DNA of 64,000 nt. Origin: Octopus vulgaris. Lineage: Eukaryota. The stretch's first letter is position 1. Every line of letters starts with the position of its first letter. The notes under the pieces were generated by a model that was not told where the DNA came from, made no database searches, and worked only from the letters and a program-made list of their open reading frames with translations. The stretch covers positions 86,180,001-86,244,000 of the forward strand of contig OX597815.1 of NCBI GenBank assembly GCA_951406725.2, written 5' to 3'. Positions 26,459 through 40,272 of this stretch are shown here, one piece after another. A program made the translations under genes and the position numbers.

Positions 26459-26547
26459 ACTCTGGTTGGTGTTGTAGAGACTGGAGAGATACTGCCACAC
26501 TTCGTTGACGCACACCCGAGGCTACGGGATTTGATGATGAGAATAAG
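26459..26547 (+). other. Candidate 89-nt internal exon of an unidentified host gene
   Basis: Acceptor tttcctgcag, donor AAG|gtttgt, GC-richer than flanks, only one open frame (TLVGVVETGEILPHFVDAHPRLRDLMMRI). Confidence 0.35.
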
Positions 26548-27959
26548 GTTTGTTTCCAATTATTCCCCTAGAGGGGACTAGTAGTACTTCGGATGCAGCA
26601 GCGACATCGGTAGCGGCAGTAGCAGCAAGTTTACTAGCATTCTGGTGGCTTGCAACTCATAAGTATACACGCTGTTATTTTTAACTGAGCTTCATTTATT
26701 TTACTGAGCCGTCTGGTGTGGTTTTGCTACCGCACTTTTTAGCACAAGGTCCTTATCAGTTTCTCTATCTTATGTGTTTCAACAGCTACTATAATAAGGA
26801 CCTACTACTACTACTACTGCTGCTGCTGCTATACTAATGGAAAGTAAAATTACTACTATGTATTTTTTCCAAAGTGCTAACGATTTTGCTAACTCGACGC
26901 CCTCTATAATTTTTTCTAGTTCATGCATTAGGCCAGCAATCTTTGTGGGAGAGGGATTAGTCAATTACATTGAACCTGGTAATTGACTGGGATTTGTTTT
27001 ATCAAATCCGAAATGGTCAAAGAACACTGAAATGGGGAAAAAAGACTCTCAAAAATTGGTTCTACAACTGACTTTGGCCTGGGATGGATTTGAATTCAGA
27101 ACGTTAAGAACTAAATAATGTAAAGCATTTTGTTCAATGCACTAATGATCCTGCCATTTCACTTATCTTAACTGTTTATAACATAGGCACAAGCCCTGAA
27201 AGTTAATCCCAATACTTGGGATTAAATTGTATATCATTTTATCGATATCGGAGGGGCTTGACTTAGGCGGGATTGGAACAGAAAATAATAAGTACTAATT
27301 TAGGTTGGAGGGGAAGAAGCTAGTCTACTTCATTTCTTTATTCAGTGATGTAAAGCATTCAACAGTGTATGGGTGATTTCAGCACAGTAAGAGGTTTTCA
27401 GCAATATACGGTACTTTTAACAGTGTAAGTGCCTGAGTAAAGGAATGTGCGTTTCCAAGCAGCAGGGGAAATAAACATCAAAATCGAAACAAACAATTTA
27501 AGACACAATAAAATAACGAACAAATAGGAAGTAATCAATAGAAATAGAACAAAATAGGAAACATTGGAATAAATGAAACAGAAAGTGTTACTATAAAGGA
27601 AGTATAGGTTTCAAAAACACGGCTCGTGACCTTCATATTGTCTTTAAATGCATCGCATGGCTCATGGGAAAATTGTTAGCACTTCACAAAAATAACTGAA
27701 ATAATGTTTGGAAGATTGTCAGTAGCATTGTCCACATAACTAAAGACAGGGTTTTGGCGTTAATATTTATGTTAATTTTATCGCATGATATTTTACTTGA
27801 AATTCACTCAAGATTATATTGCTGACTCTTCAAGCTATTGAGAAATAGAACCACTAGAGAGTTGGAAAGGTTTTAACATTTCCAGTACATTAGGGATGTT
27901 AATTAAAGTTTTATAAATATTCTGCACGTATTGTTGACCCAAGTGTTAAGATGGCAACA

Positions 27960-29345
27960 CGATGCCTAAAATGTTTATAATAAAAAGTAAATAAGTCAAT
28001 AAATACGGAAACATTTCGGCGTGGCAAACTCAGTCAAAAGAAGAACACAGAGTTAGACAGAAATGAACAGGCGCCGAATACCCAAAGACCGCAAAACAAA
28101 AGCCTACTTTACTGCCAAATTAAATCCTTCAGGTTGTTTTGTAGAATCGACAAGCCAAATCTGGCAAAATAGCAATCCGAAAATACGCCCTCAAATAAAT
28201 AGAATAAGATTATCTGTAAAAAGAAACAAAAAAAATTTAACTGAAATATGAAGCCAAAATAATACGTCACAGCCCCCTCAATGCAGAACACGACAGAAAG
28301 ACTGACTAAAACAGAATAGAATATAAAGGTAACTGTATGCTCTACAACTCAATAGTAAATAAGGAACCGGCTACTTCACACTGAACATTGCCAACTAATA
28401 TGAATAGGAATAAACTATTTATGCCAACAAAAATAAATGAATGCAGTGACTTAGAAAATATGATAGAGGAAATTAAGTTTGAATAGATAAAAGTTATACA
28501 ACTCGAAGAAAGACTATAAACAAAGAAAATATCATTCAATACAAAAAAAACAAACCTTAATCATAGATATTAACTGTGTATTAAAAAGAAATTACAGAGC
28601 AAATAAATGAAATAAGAATAACGGACCTAAACCAAATACTAGACGTAAAACGTATAGTAACCAGAGTAGTAGGTGCACAAATAAGAGATGAAGCTAGAAA
28701 CCATAAAACAGATCCTATTTGCGAACAAATGACTCAAAAGGAGATAAATTGCAACTGGAAAATATCTAGGATAAGAAAACCACATCACCACCAACCCTTA
28801 AAATTACAAAATTAAATACATAAAATTCAAAGTTAAAAAGATTTCGAAATTACAGTTCAAATATGGCGGGAAGATTGTATAACGAATCAAGCAATTCAAG
28901 AGAAAATCAAATATTTCAAGGTATAAAAATCCCTTGTGGAAAATTAAATAATAAAAGAAAATAAGTGCCAAATTAGCAAAGCAAAGAAAAACTAGAGACA
29001 TCGTGAAGTAAATATACGGAAATAGAAAGCTCCATGAATCAAATGAATTAACCATAAAACAACAAAAATGGAAATGTGCGGCAACTCAGGAATGGGGCAT
29101 CACAGCAAGCAATATATTGATAGACATCAGCAGAAAGGGTAACTAAAAATCTCCTAGAATAGGAAAAAGTCCAAATTTATGGATAAAACACCAACATGTC
29201 TTGCACCAAAATATTATATATATCTTTAATAAAATAATACGGATTCCATCCGAAATACCAGAGTGCCTGACGCAAAGGAAAATAATCCACTTGCATAAAA
29301 GAAGAGATGACCCTCAAAACCTACAGGCCATTCATATGCCTATCA
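27960..29345 (+). mobile_element. Old R4/Dong-like LINE remnant (N-terminal region to start of RT)
   Basis: A-rich coding-like sequence ending in EIPECLTQRKIIHLHK..PKTYRPFICL, compare MPEWLTKGKTILIPK..PENYRPITCL in the 43-46 kb copy; boundaries approximate. Confidence 0.6.
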
Positions 29346-32040
29346 GTAGATCTTCATTTGTTGCACAAAGATCTCTCCACACACTTTTTGCTTGCCTTCT
29401 CTCGGGATGCATCTCGTCGTTTCGGGTTAATTTTTGTCTCTATCCATTCATCAGTCTCCGGTCCTGCATATTTCTCTCTCCTCTTTATGTCCATAAAGCA
29501 AATATGACATTATTTCTGACCATATAGTATTACGGTATTACTAATCAGACTTAATCACTGTCAACGATGTCTCTTACGGTGAATTTCCTGTTTTTGTCCG
29601 AAACGCAATGGTATTAAACTGTGAACAACTGAGTGCCACACTAACTGTCCCTATTCGGTTCACTCAGACGTGTTAAAAACAATGCATTTGTCTCATAAAC
29701 TCTTCTACCCTCGATTTAGTTTTCAGTGTACATGTCACCGTGGAACACGTATGACGTCTACAGGTTTTGGCAGAGAAAAATATAATTTACTTTCATTCTC
29801 TCTTGTACCCTTGTGACAGCTTCGAGTAGCAAAGCTTCTTGATTTTCCGTTCATGGTTGCCATGATACCTTTTTTTTTTTCGTTTGAATGTCGTGTCTCT
29901 AGATTTAGCCGTTATGTCACTCAAATTCCTATCGTTATTTACATTTGGCAAAACAATTTATTATATTTGCTTCAAGGGTTCCAGGTAAAAAGAATAACGA
30001 AGAGCAGACGTCCTAATCTCGTCAGAATAGATGTTGGACAAAACACAATAGTCGGTCGGTAAGTTATGACGGAAGCAACATAGATTGGTACTTATTTTAT
30101 AGATATTGAAAAAGTTCAAAGACAAAGTAGACCTCGACAGAATTTGAACTCAGATCGTAGAAAGGTAAAAGAAATGCCACTCAGCATATTGCTTGAAGCA
30201 TTAACTATCATGCCAATGGTAGCGATGATAAGAACGATGATGATGATGATGACGACGACGATGACGATGATGGTGATAGTGATGATGGTGAGGAATATTT
30301 TTGTTGATCATAATTTCTCGACTCTGATACAGATGTGAAAATTTTACTATGCAATCTATTAACATAACATGAAATTAGAATAAAACTTCATCTTTCCTAC
30401 TAAAAGTGACTGAAATTTTTAAGAAATAACACGTTTACAATTATTTAACATAAAGAATTTATGTTTTCTGTTGCAATTAATTGCCACGCTGCATTGCCAT
30501 CGGATGTTCTTCATCTTTTAAATATGCCATAACATTTCCTGAAATGTGCTTTATACATGGCTTTATATATATTTGAAAGCAATGAAATTAAATTGTCCTT
30601 TGCATGTAATTTTCGTGAAGATGTATATTCATATTTTAGGGGCGTACATCTTTGAGGTTATACATTAATACAACTAGTAATAAAACTGTCTGTGTAGGTT
30701 AAAAAAAGAAAGAGAGGACATTAAAGACATATTAGAGGGTTATCCAGGGTATGAACAGGAGGACTGGAAATATGCAATGGTGAAGAAGGATAAAATAGAT
30801 GAACTGTTAGTGAGGTGTGAAAATAGAAATGTGGAAGTGGAGGAGTGGGAATGTGGGGATAAGCTAAAGAATGAGTTTAAAGAAAGATTTGCGATAGACT
30901 TGGAGAATATGTATTTTGAAATTGGGGAGAACAATGGATGATAGGGTACGAAGGACAGGTAAGTGATGCTGGCGGATGGGGCTGTTAGCATCGCTTTCAT
31001 ATTACCATTTTTTCATTTAAAATTCATTTTTCATATTATTAATTATAATGTTCTATGTCCCCAATGTTTTGTAATGTCCCCTCTCCGTCACCCCTTGTGG
31101 GTAATAAAAAATCAAAAAAAAAATCATAGAGTGTTAGACTTGAAGCCGAACGACCTACATTTCATATGACATTTCTGAATTCCCAATACTGAGTGTTAAC
31201 GATCGATGAGATATTCTGGTTAACCAAATAAGGACGGGCGGATGCACGCACACACACATACCAAAGCACACACAAAGACACAGACACACACACACACACA
31301 CATACACACATACAGGCACAAATACATAGGCGCACACACAGAAACGCATATAGGTATACACAAAGACATACTCGCGCACACATAACCGTATATACACGTG
31401 CACACAAACATATGTACACATGGTGGGTGAGAAGACAGTGTGAGTGTAGAAAATTTACGCTCCGAATTTGTGCTGGGATTTGTCAGCTTCATAAACTCAA
31501 AGTTCTGAACTAGAGCAAGACAGTCCAGCAGAAAAGTGCTAGCTATAAGAAATATATAGCTGAAGCGAGTAATAAACACAGAATAGACGAACAATTAGAG
31601 GCCTCTGTTCAGTAAATCATTTATATGAGATGTTATATAAATATATTCGAATTACAAGAAGGTAGATCTTTAGACCTGTTTTAAAGATTCGGCAACCGAT
31701 TAATGTTACAAGGCATGTTATACAAACAGATGGAAATAATATGGTAAAAATTTATACGCAATATATAATGAAAAATCTTCTCCCAAAAAACATGATACGT
31801 TAACATTTTCAAATTGGAAATCCCATCGTCGGAAAAATGAGTGGCAAATGCAAATGGCATGTATAGTAGCAGAGAACATAATTAATTTGATGCACAAACG
31901 TCAATAAAAATACGTGGGAAGGGTAAACGATTACTATTGGAGAGGTGAATACGAGGAAGGAAGAAAGTGGATGGGGAAAAGTCAAAATCAGAAATATATT
32001 AATTAAAATGTGGAGAATATAGAAGAAATGTATTGAAAGA

Positions 32041-32188
32041 CGAACTCGGAATCTTGAGGTTAGAAGACCGCGTTCTTAACCAGTACGGGCATATAGCGTG
32101 GAAAAAGCAACGGGCATATGGCGTAGTGGCTAAAAGCGCGGGCTACGAACCCCAAGATTCCGAGTTCGATTCCAGGCAGTGACCTGCA

Positions 32189-32222
<34 letters not shown>

Positions 32223-32366
32223 TTAATAATATCGAAAAATACCTTAGCAATGAGAACTCAGGTTTAAAATTTCCCCAAGACACCTGATGGAGGTTGGATG
32301 GTATATCGTTGTGTTAACAACAAACAAGATGAGGACGAATATCCGTCAAATGTGAATAAGGTAAAT
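32041..32366 (+). mobile_element. tRNA-head/(TAA)n/hammerhead-tail element, locus 3
   Basis: Inverted partial head 32041-32086, complete head ggcatatggcgtagtggctaaaagcgcggg..gagttcgattccaggcagtgacctg 32113-32186, (AAT)n, then tail with gacacCTGATG.. lacking the cagccGAAA segment. Confidence 0.85.
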
Positions 32367-35300
32367 AGCTGTAACTCTAGTTTTGTGGAATGTGGAGTTA
32401 AGAGGGGAAATTAGAAGACATTAAAGAAAAGAACGAATGATTGGCAAATGGAAAGCCCTATGCAGAGTAAAGACATCAGTGCCACATTCTAGTGACCTGA
32501 TTTAGTGTAAGTGTCCAAACATGGAAATAAGTATGGTTCTGCAAGACATTGTTCGTCAGGAAGAAGCAATATTTTGCATCTCTCTGAAGAACATCCCTGT
32601 CCCACCTGGGGACATTTATATCGATTACATTGGCCCAGGCGTTTTACTGGTGCTTTTAATGGTACCAGGAAAGAATGAAAGGCAAAGTCGGTCTGGACGT
32701 AATAATAATAACAAAAACCAACATCCATCCAGCAAAGATGTTTGAAATAACAACGCTACTGGAGTTAAGAATATAATAAACGCCCCAATATGTAAAGTAA
32801 GAAGAGAGCAGGTGAGATTAATGCGCATACTCTATTAACTTCAGTGTGTCTAATAGCTAATTTGAGTGTTTATTTTCAGATTGAGACATGCAAAGTAATA
32901 AATTACGTTATAAAATGATCTAATTTTGCTTTCACCTGAGAGCACCAATCTATTGTGTGACAGGACAAAATCTTAAAATGCTCCCGTGGATTGTTTTATA
33001 TTGATCAAGATTGATATTGGAAGTGTAAATGAAGAGCTGAAGTGAGTGAATAGATAAAAGTCTCAAGAGTGGTGAGAATTCTATTTTATCTGACTGTAAA
33101 GAAAAAGAGAACAGCTTAGCAATGAATACATAAATATAATCTGTCCTTTATAATTATATCATTTGTTGAAATATTTATAAATCAGATGCTCTGAGTAGAT
33201 CGACACATGGATACAATTTGCATCTGAGACAGCCATATTATTTTTAGAATACATTGTATAATTGTATTCTCCAGATATACTGCAACTTAATCAGTTTTGA
33301 GTATGGATTAATGGAATTGGGTTGTGAACATTTCACTATCTAGTTCGTTTATGTGCTTACAGAACCTCAAAATAATGTAGAAAACATGGAAGAAAAATTT
33401 GCTTATAGGAATACATCAGGATAAATTAATATTTCTAGGCAATATGCTTTAGATGTTAAAATATTTCAAGTCAATATGCTTTAGATGCTAAAATATGTAA
33501 AAAAAAAACAACCTTAAATGGTAACTATATGTATTATCATTTAAGGGGCGGATCACTTTTTCAGAGTCTAAATTATTTAAATTTCTAACAGCTTATAAAA
33601 ATACAAATATTCAATATTCTAGAGCACTTGGAAGTTAACCGATTACACACTCTTTGACAACCAGTAAACATACATTTAGCTAAATGACTTCTATCAGTGA
33701 CGCAAATACATTAACCACTCTTCTCTCTCCCCCGTTGATACTACAAACATATCTACTTTTCTCAACTCGCTGATGGATTGGTCCATTACCTTTATATATG
33801 TGTATCAGCTATCATTCGACGTCTTGTAATTAAAATTCGAACGATCATACTCATGTATTGCAACACATTTTTTTCAACCTCATTATTACAGCTTTTTGTA
33901 ATTATATTTATACTTACATTAGTCATTTATGCTATTCTGTTACTCAAAAGGCAATGATTACTGCCACTTATGTATGAAGTAATGAATATCCGAAACAAAA
34001 ATATGTTTTGTGGAATTCTGGAATATACACCGTAATAAAAGAGTAGAGGTTTGAAGTGACAATTTAGGTTATTTTGCCTATGTGGGAAAAGTTTCTGCTC
34101 ATAAATTATTAAGCTTTGTAATCCATCTTAATCTCTATTCTGTACATCACTTTAAAAATATAGTTATTTAATTTTGATTACGTTGATTACGTAGAAATTC
34201 TTGATATTGTTTGTCAAAAAATTAACTAAAAGGTTCTCAGCCATTTGATGGAGACAGCAAGACGTCGAAACATAGAACACCAACTTTTACAAAAGAATCT
34301 TTTCAATCAGAAAGGCAATTCTCATGACCCTTTATAGGGTCTTCGAAACTGATCGGGTGGAAGGTAAATTCCTTCCGATACTCGCCAAAGAGTAGATGTT
34401 AAAAGATGTAAATGTATCCAAAGCTCCATACGTTTAAGCCTACCGTCCAAGTAAGCAATGAGGTTGGGTCATTGAAGTGATAACGGAAATGTTTTAGTTC
34501 AACATTCTTACTGTTTTCCCCAATTCACTACCCATAGTGGTACTTCAGTTTCTGCCCCAAAAAGAAGAAATTAGGGATGTAAAATTAAAGTGCAGGATAT
34601 ACAAAAGAATACCCTAAGGCATTGAATATGATACACTATTGACTCTACCAATTCATCGCCTACATATGTAGTCTTTAGTATGATCCCTCAAAGTTCTATC
34701 ATGAATTTCTGGTGACGTTAAGTTAGTCTTCAATTCATATAACCATTGTGGTAGATACTGAGTAGTAACAAATTGCATAATTTTAATCTATTGCGCTACT
34801 CAGCAAGCAAAAACAAAAACAAAAAAGCAATAACATTTAGCCTGCTGAGAAAACATAATCGATGTTTTTAATGAGATGGCATCAAATAGTTTTAAGTATT
34901 TCATAAAATAATGTAGACTTATTAAATTACCTAAAAACTGTTTCATATTTGAATTTAAAGAAATTAATTTCAAATTTAATTTCCTTAGAAAAAGAGGTAA
35001 ATCGGTGTTTTATTTTGAAATGGTATTTATTCTTCCAAAACGCATTACAAATTTATTATTGTAATTTGAAATAATATTGTGGTTTGAAATAATTCAAATT
35101 TATATATAGAATTGCCTAACAAACAAACTAAAATTTTAAATGTTTTTTTTTTTTTGAAAAGCGTTCAAGAATTTAAGTAATTTTGCGCTGCTTATAAAAA
35201 GAAAATAACAGGCATAAAAGTGTCTGCATAATAGTTAGTCGACAACAATGCGCCAGTCGTTGAGAAATGATTTCTTTAACTCGTAATTTGCTTAATATCC

Positions 35301-35799
35301 AGCAGAAAACATTTCGGTTCGGTAACTGTATAGTTGTTAGAATAATTAATTGGCGTTTGTTTTCAACTTTTGAAATAATTATACATTCAAGCCATAAAAC
35401 AAATTTCGTTTAGATAATTATTTTTCCAGTGGCAGCAGTCTAGAGTGAAAGAGACAGATCTGCGTTTAATATCGGTGTTGATGTTGATTTAAAGTTGAAT
35501 AGTAACCAAGAGAAAGTGATAAATAAATTTTTAAATAAGCATGACATCAGAGACATTTACTAGTGGCATATGGGATGCCGTGACATTTATGATACAACTA
35601 AATGCGCAAGAAAATAAATTCCATTATGCTTGATTTCTGAAACTTCTATAATATTGAATATATTGTTAATTATCTTAATTGTAGGAGTAGCTATTTAAGC
35701 TATTTATAGACAAGAGGGCGATGCTAGCACTCTAGTAGCGCAAGTCTTAAATGACAATAATTGACATTGAATATTTGCTTCACACTCGTAATATTGTGA

Positions 35800-35858
<59 letters not shown>

Positions 35859-36544
35859 TAATAATATTAATAGTCGAAAATAAAAAAATAAAAACATTAA
35901 GATTTTTCATAAAGATAATCAATTCTGCTTTTCATGCTATGATATGTTATTCGAATGAATTTTAAAGTAATATCGATTTATATTAACAATTTACAAAATC
36001 AGTTTTCACAGGCGATAGGTATATGGCGGAATCTGAAGTCAACAACTGCAGAGACTGACATTAAATGGTGTAATGTATCAAATCAGATTTTTAAATGAGG
36101 TTCCAAAGTAAATATTTTCTGCACCACGTATACAGATAAATGTTATCGGATACATTTTAAGGAAATATGCATATATCTAATGTAACATAATGCTCATTGT
36201 TGGGGAACGCTTGGTTATAACAACAGAGTTTAAACATTCAAGTGTAGCTACTTTCCTAATGTTAACTGGAATTATGAACACGTTATAGTTATAGCTGTAT
36301 GACGTTGTGTTCTATCAACATGCAAACTATAATAATTCGGACGTTCTTTGAAAAGAACCGTTTAATTTTATATCAGAAAATCATCATAGAATATTTTGAG
36401 AAAGCGATGAATTTTCGTATCTCTGCTTATGATATTTTCAGAATATATACTTGTAAGATATTATGACGTTATATAAGACGAAAGCTACACGAGAACCAGT
36501 TTGGTGTTCGACTGAATACTACAACTTGTATGATGCTAATATTA

Positions 36545-36730
36545 ACTGGCAGAATCGTTAGCACACTGGGAAAAATATATAGCGCCATTTCGTCCGTCTA
36601 CACATTTTGAGTTCAAATTCCGCCTTTAATTCTTTCGTAGTCAATAAAATAAGTACCAGTTGAGCATTATGATCGATGTAATCGAGTCATCCACTCACCG
36701 AAATTACTAGCCTAGTGTCAAAGTTTAAAG
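36545..36730 (+). mobile_element. SINE family D
   Basis: ctggcagaatcgttagcac..gagttcaaattccgcc..ataaaataagtaccagttgagca. Confidence 0.75.
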
Positions 36731-37522
36731 TCAATATTGAATAGGCGGACAACTACTAGCATATTTATATCAGCAAAACCTGGTGTGACTTCAGTTGGAT
36801 GACAGGATCTTTTAGTAACCTAAACACAACAAAGCATCTTTTGGTATTTGAAATATATTTAATTGATATTTGTTGAATGTATAACGATAAAAATATTGCC
36901 CGTAAAATCTAAGAAATTATATATATTAATAGAAAGTCAAGTCTCAAAATATGGACAAAATAGAATAACGAAAATTAGTAGGAAACAAAAGAATTCAGGT
37001 AGAAGAGAGAAACAATAATATAGATTGTATCTTAGATAAACACAACACCATGAATTTGTGGGGTGATTTAGTCAATTAGATGGCACACAATGCTTAACTA
37101 ATACTTTATTTCACTAAGCCAGGTGGGATAAAAAGAAAGCTGACTTTGAACACTAAACATCAAGAGCTACAACAACTGTCGCAAAGCATTTTCTCCGTCA
37201 GCTTTAACTAATCAGCTAATCCACCGAACATAATATTTCTTTCTTACCTTATTTCAAGGCCAGAAATTCATGGGAGAGGTCAATCAATTAAATGGGCACT
37301 AGCTCTTGCCTTTACTGATCACAGAGTTTTAAAAGTTTACAGTGACCTCATCGAGATTTGATCTTGTAACGAACAGAACCGTAACTACATACTGTAAAGC
37401 ATATTGCCCGACACTTTACCGATTCTGCCAATCTCCATCCTGAAAGACTTTATACTTATGTACAATACATAGGCCTATATATGGTTGATATTTTAATAAT
37501 AATAATAATAATAATAATAATG

Positions 37523-37589
<67 letters not shown>

Positions 37590-37590
37590 T

Positions 37591-37734
37591 CCTGATGCAG
37601 CGCCAAGCAGTGGCTGTCATGGCTTCTGATCTTAACTCATTGGAAGTATTATCATGTACATTATTTTGTCCTTGTATAAAAGATGTGCGACAGTAAACAT
37701 TCTGCTCAATACCACCGACTTGCTCTTTCACTCA
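37591..37734 (+). mobile_element. Short non-coding insert between two (TAA)n tracts
   Basis: Bounded by (AAT)n on both sides; terminus tgctctttcactca matches tgctctctcactca at 52097-52110. Confidence 0.55.
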
Positions 37735-37794
<60 letters not shown>

Positions 37795-38870
37795 TTTCAG
37801 AGGAAGGTAAGAATATTTAGGTTGGTGATGTAGCTTCAAATGGTGAAAACAATTATGTTAGCAACCGTGATCTTGTTTATGCTATTCACATAGTTGTTAT
37901 TAATATTATTGCCGATGCTATTTGAAGATGTTGTAAATAAAGTGCTGTATAGTGAAAAGAAAATAGATTTGCTTCATGAGATTTTTCTCCTGCCCTTTGT
38001 TTTATATTATCGCCTTTCATAAAAGATTTCTTTTAAAGTTGTGGCCCCATTTCCATGAAGCAATACACCAGTGGTTACACGGAAGTACGCACACTTTCAA
38101 AAATATTAGTATGTGACTATCGAACCATTAACAAGGCTTTTCTGTAACTGCTATCTTTAATATATATCAGCATATGGAACATAAGGAAAGTACATTGCTG
38201 TACATTCATTTCCACTTCAATCTCAACAGATTAGTTGTTCGTTGAAGTATACAGGCTGAAATAAGATATATGCTGGCTTTGAAAGAAAAAACCAAAACGG
38301 AAAATGTTTTATTCCTTTCATGTAAGATCACTAATCAAAGTACGTTAGAATTGCATATGTACTTATGCGACGACACGAACAAGTATTATTCTTCTGCTGT
38401 CAAAAAGAATGTGCAACAAACTGAAGAATTGGCAATAGTGGGTAGCAAGTAGGCAAGTTAAGATGTATATTTTTTTTTTTTGTGAGTTTTCCTTTTGAAT
38501 TGGGAAGCAATTCGAAAGAAGTGGAGGGTCGAAAATCATAACTAAATGCAGAAATATTTAATGATGGTTTATTATACACCTAAATGAAAGATTAGATAAA
38601 ATAAACATGAAATAAAATTTCAGGAAGTGACCATTCAAAGGAAATTCTGCATTTCTTTCTTTTACTTTCCCAACTCTTACGGAAAGAAGAGAGGGATAAT
38701 AGATATTACATACAACCCCTTCACAGTGTCTATTTCTGAAATCAACTCCTTTGAATATCAATGATAAGATAAACGCAATCCTTACACTATGGTCGGGTCA
38801 ATCAACTATTGATTATAATTACCTTGCAAAGAAGGAAATAATCGTATTATATTCCTGCCTCTCTCTCAAT

Positions 38871-38901
<31 letters not shown>

Positions 38902-39467
38902 GTATGTATGTATATATATATGTATATATAAATATGTGTGTGTGAGTATGTGCGCGTGTGCGTGCATGTGTATACGTGTGTGTGAATGTGTGTGAGCGTA
39001 TGTATGATAATCTAGCTAAGAATATTTCATTCAGAATATCTAAATTTTCGGTTAATGAGCAAGTATTTAATAGTAGCGCTGAATATTATTACAACGAGAC
39101 AATGCAAGGAAATGGACTCAATGATTAAGTACATTGTCTCGAAGGATAAGGAGACCATTCTGGAAAGGTCGGTATTCCTCAAAATCTAAGGAATAATAGT
39201 ACGATATTCTATCATTCTTCTATTCATAACCTCCAGTAACAATATCAAGAACGGAGTTGTACATAAACCCATAGTTGATAACAATATGAAGCATTCTCAA
39301 CAACATATAGCTTGTTCAGCTAATCTAGAGAAATTTAGTATAACACTTCTGACACTAAAAATGTAAAGGCTAATATAATTAAGGTTTTCTTAATGTGCTA
39401 TAGTTTTATTCTCTACAAGTATGTTCGTTAACCTAGGTGTGTAAATATGCATACATGTGTATGTATG

Positions 39468-39752
39468 AAGGTAAATGGCTCACTGGTTAGAACGTCGGTC
39501 GCACAATCGTGAAGTTCGATTCCCGGACTGGGCTGTGTGTGTGTTCTTGAGCAATGCACTTTATTTCACGTTGCTCCAGTTCACTCAGCTCTAGAAATGA
39601 GTTGCGACGAGACTGGTGTCAAGCTGTACCAGCCTTTGCTTTTCCCTTGGATAACATCGGTGGCATGGAGATGGTAGTCTGTTGGCCTTCCATGTACTAC
39701 CTACCCGGACTTGTGCCTCAGAGGGTAAATTTCTAAGAGCAAACCCATGGTC
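39468..39752 (+). mobile_element. tRNA-derived SINE (family C)
   Basis: tggctcactggttagaacg..agttcgattcccggactggg; ends in (GTAT)n. Confidence 0.8.
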
Positions 39753-39900
39753 ATGTATGTATGTATGTATGTATGTATGTATGTATGTATGTATGTATGT
39801 ATGTATGTATGCATGTATGTATGCATGTATGTATGTGTATGTATGTATGTATACACGCATGTATGCATGTATGTATCTATGAATATATGTATCTATGGTC

Positions 39901-40238
39901 TTTCGGTGCGAATGGTTTTGTTATACGGTGCTGTGTTTTACAATCCTGTAAAAAATAATAATGGCGTTTATATAAGCTTAAAGCTTATGGCGATCACCGT
40001 GCAATGACTAAGGGAAATAGTATACTAAAGGAGCATATAAGCCCTCGACAGAAAAAGGAAGGCTTTACGCGGATAGAAAAGCTAGCTTTATTTGTCGAGG
40101 GTTTATATACCCCTTTATTAGACTATTTTCCTTAGTCATTTCACGGTGATCACCATTAGCTTTAAACTTTAAACACCATTATTATTATTTAAAGGATTCT
40201 AAAACACGGCACTGTATAACAAAACCATTCACACCGAA

Positions 40239-40239
<1 letters not shown>
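39901..40239. mobile_element. Palindromic MITE-like element (arms about 155 bp, spacer about 30 bp)
   Basis: tttcggtgcgaatggttttgttatac..ccctcgaca is the reverse complement of tgtcgaggg..gtataacaaaaccattcacaccgaaa; abuts (TA)n. Confidence 0.8.

Positions 40240-40272
<33 letters not shown>

Noticed and set aside
32113-32186. Possible tRNA gene
   Set aside because: A and B boxes are present, but the acceptor stem does not pair convincingly, there is no T-run terminator, and the anticodon differs between copies; it is a SINE-type head
32521-32745. 74-aa ORF with protein-like start
   Set aside because: Runs into a SINE-like fragment and an AAT repeat; the Cys-containing alternative frame is broken; probably a decayed transposon fragment that I cannot assign
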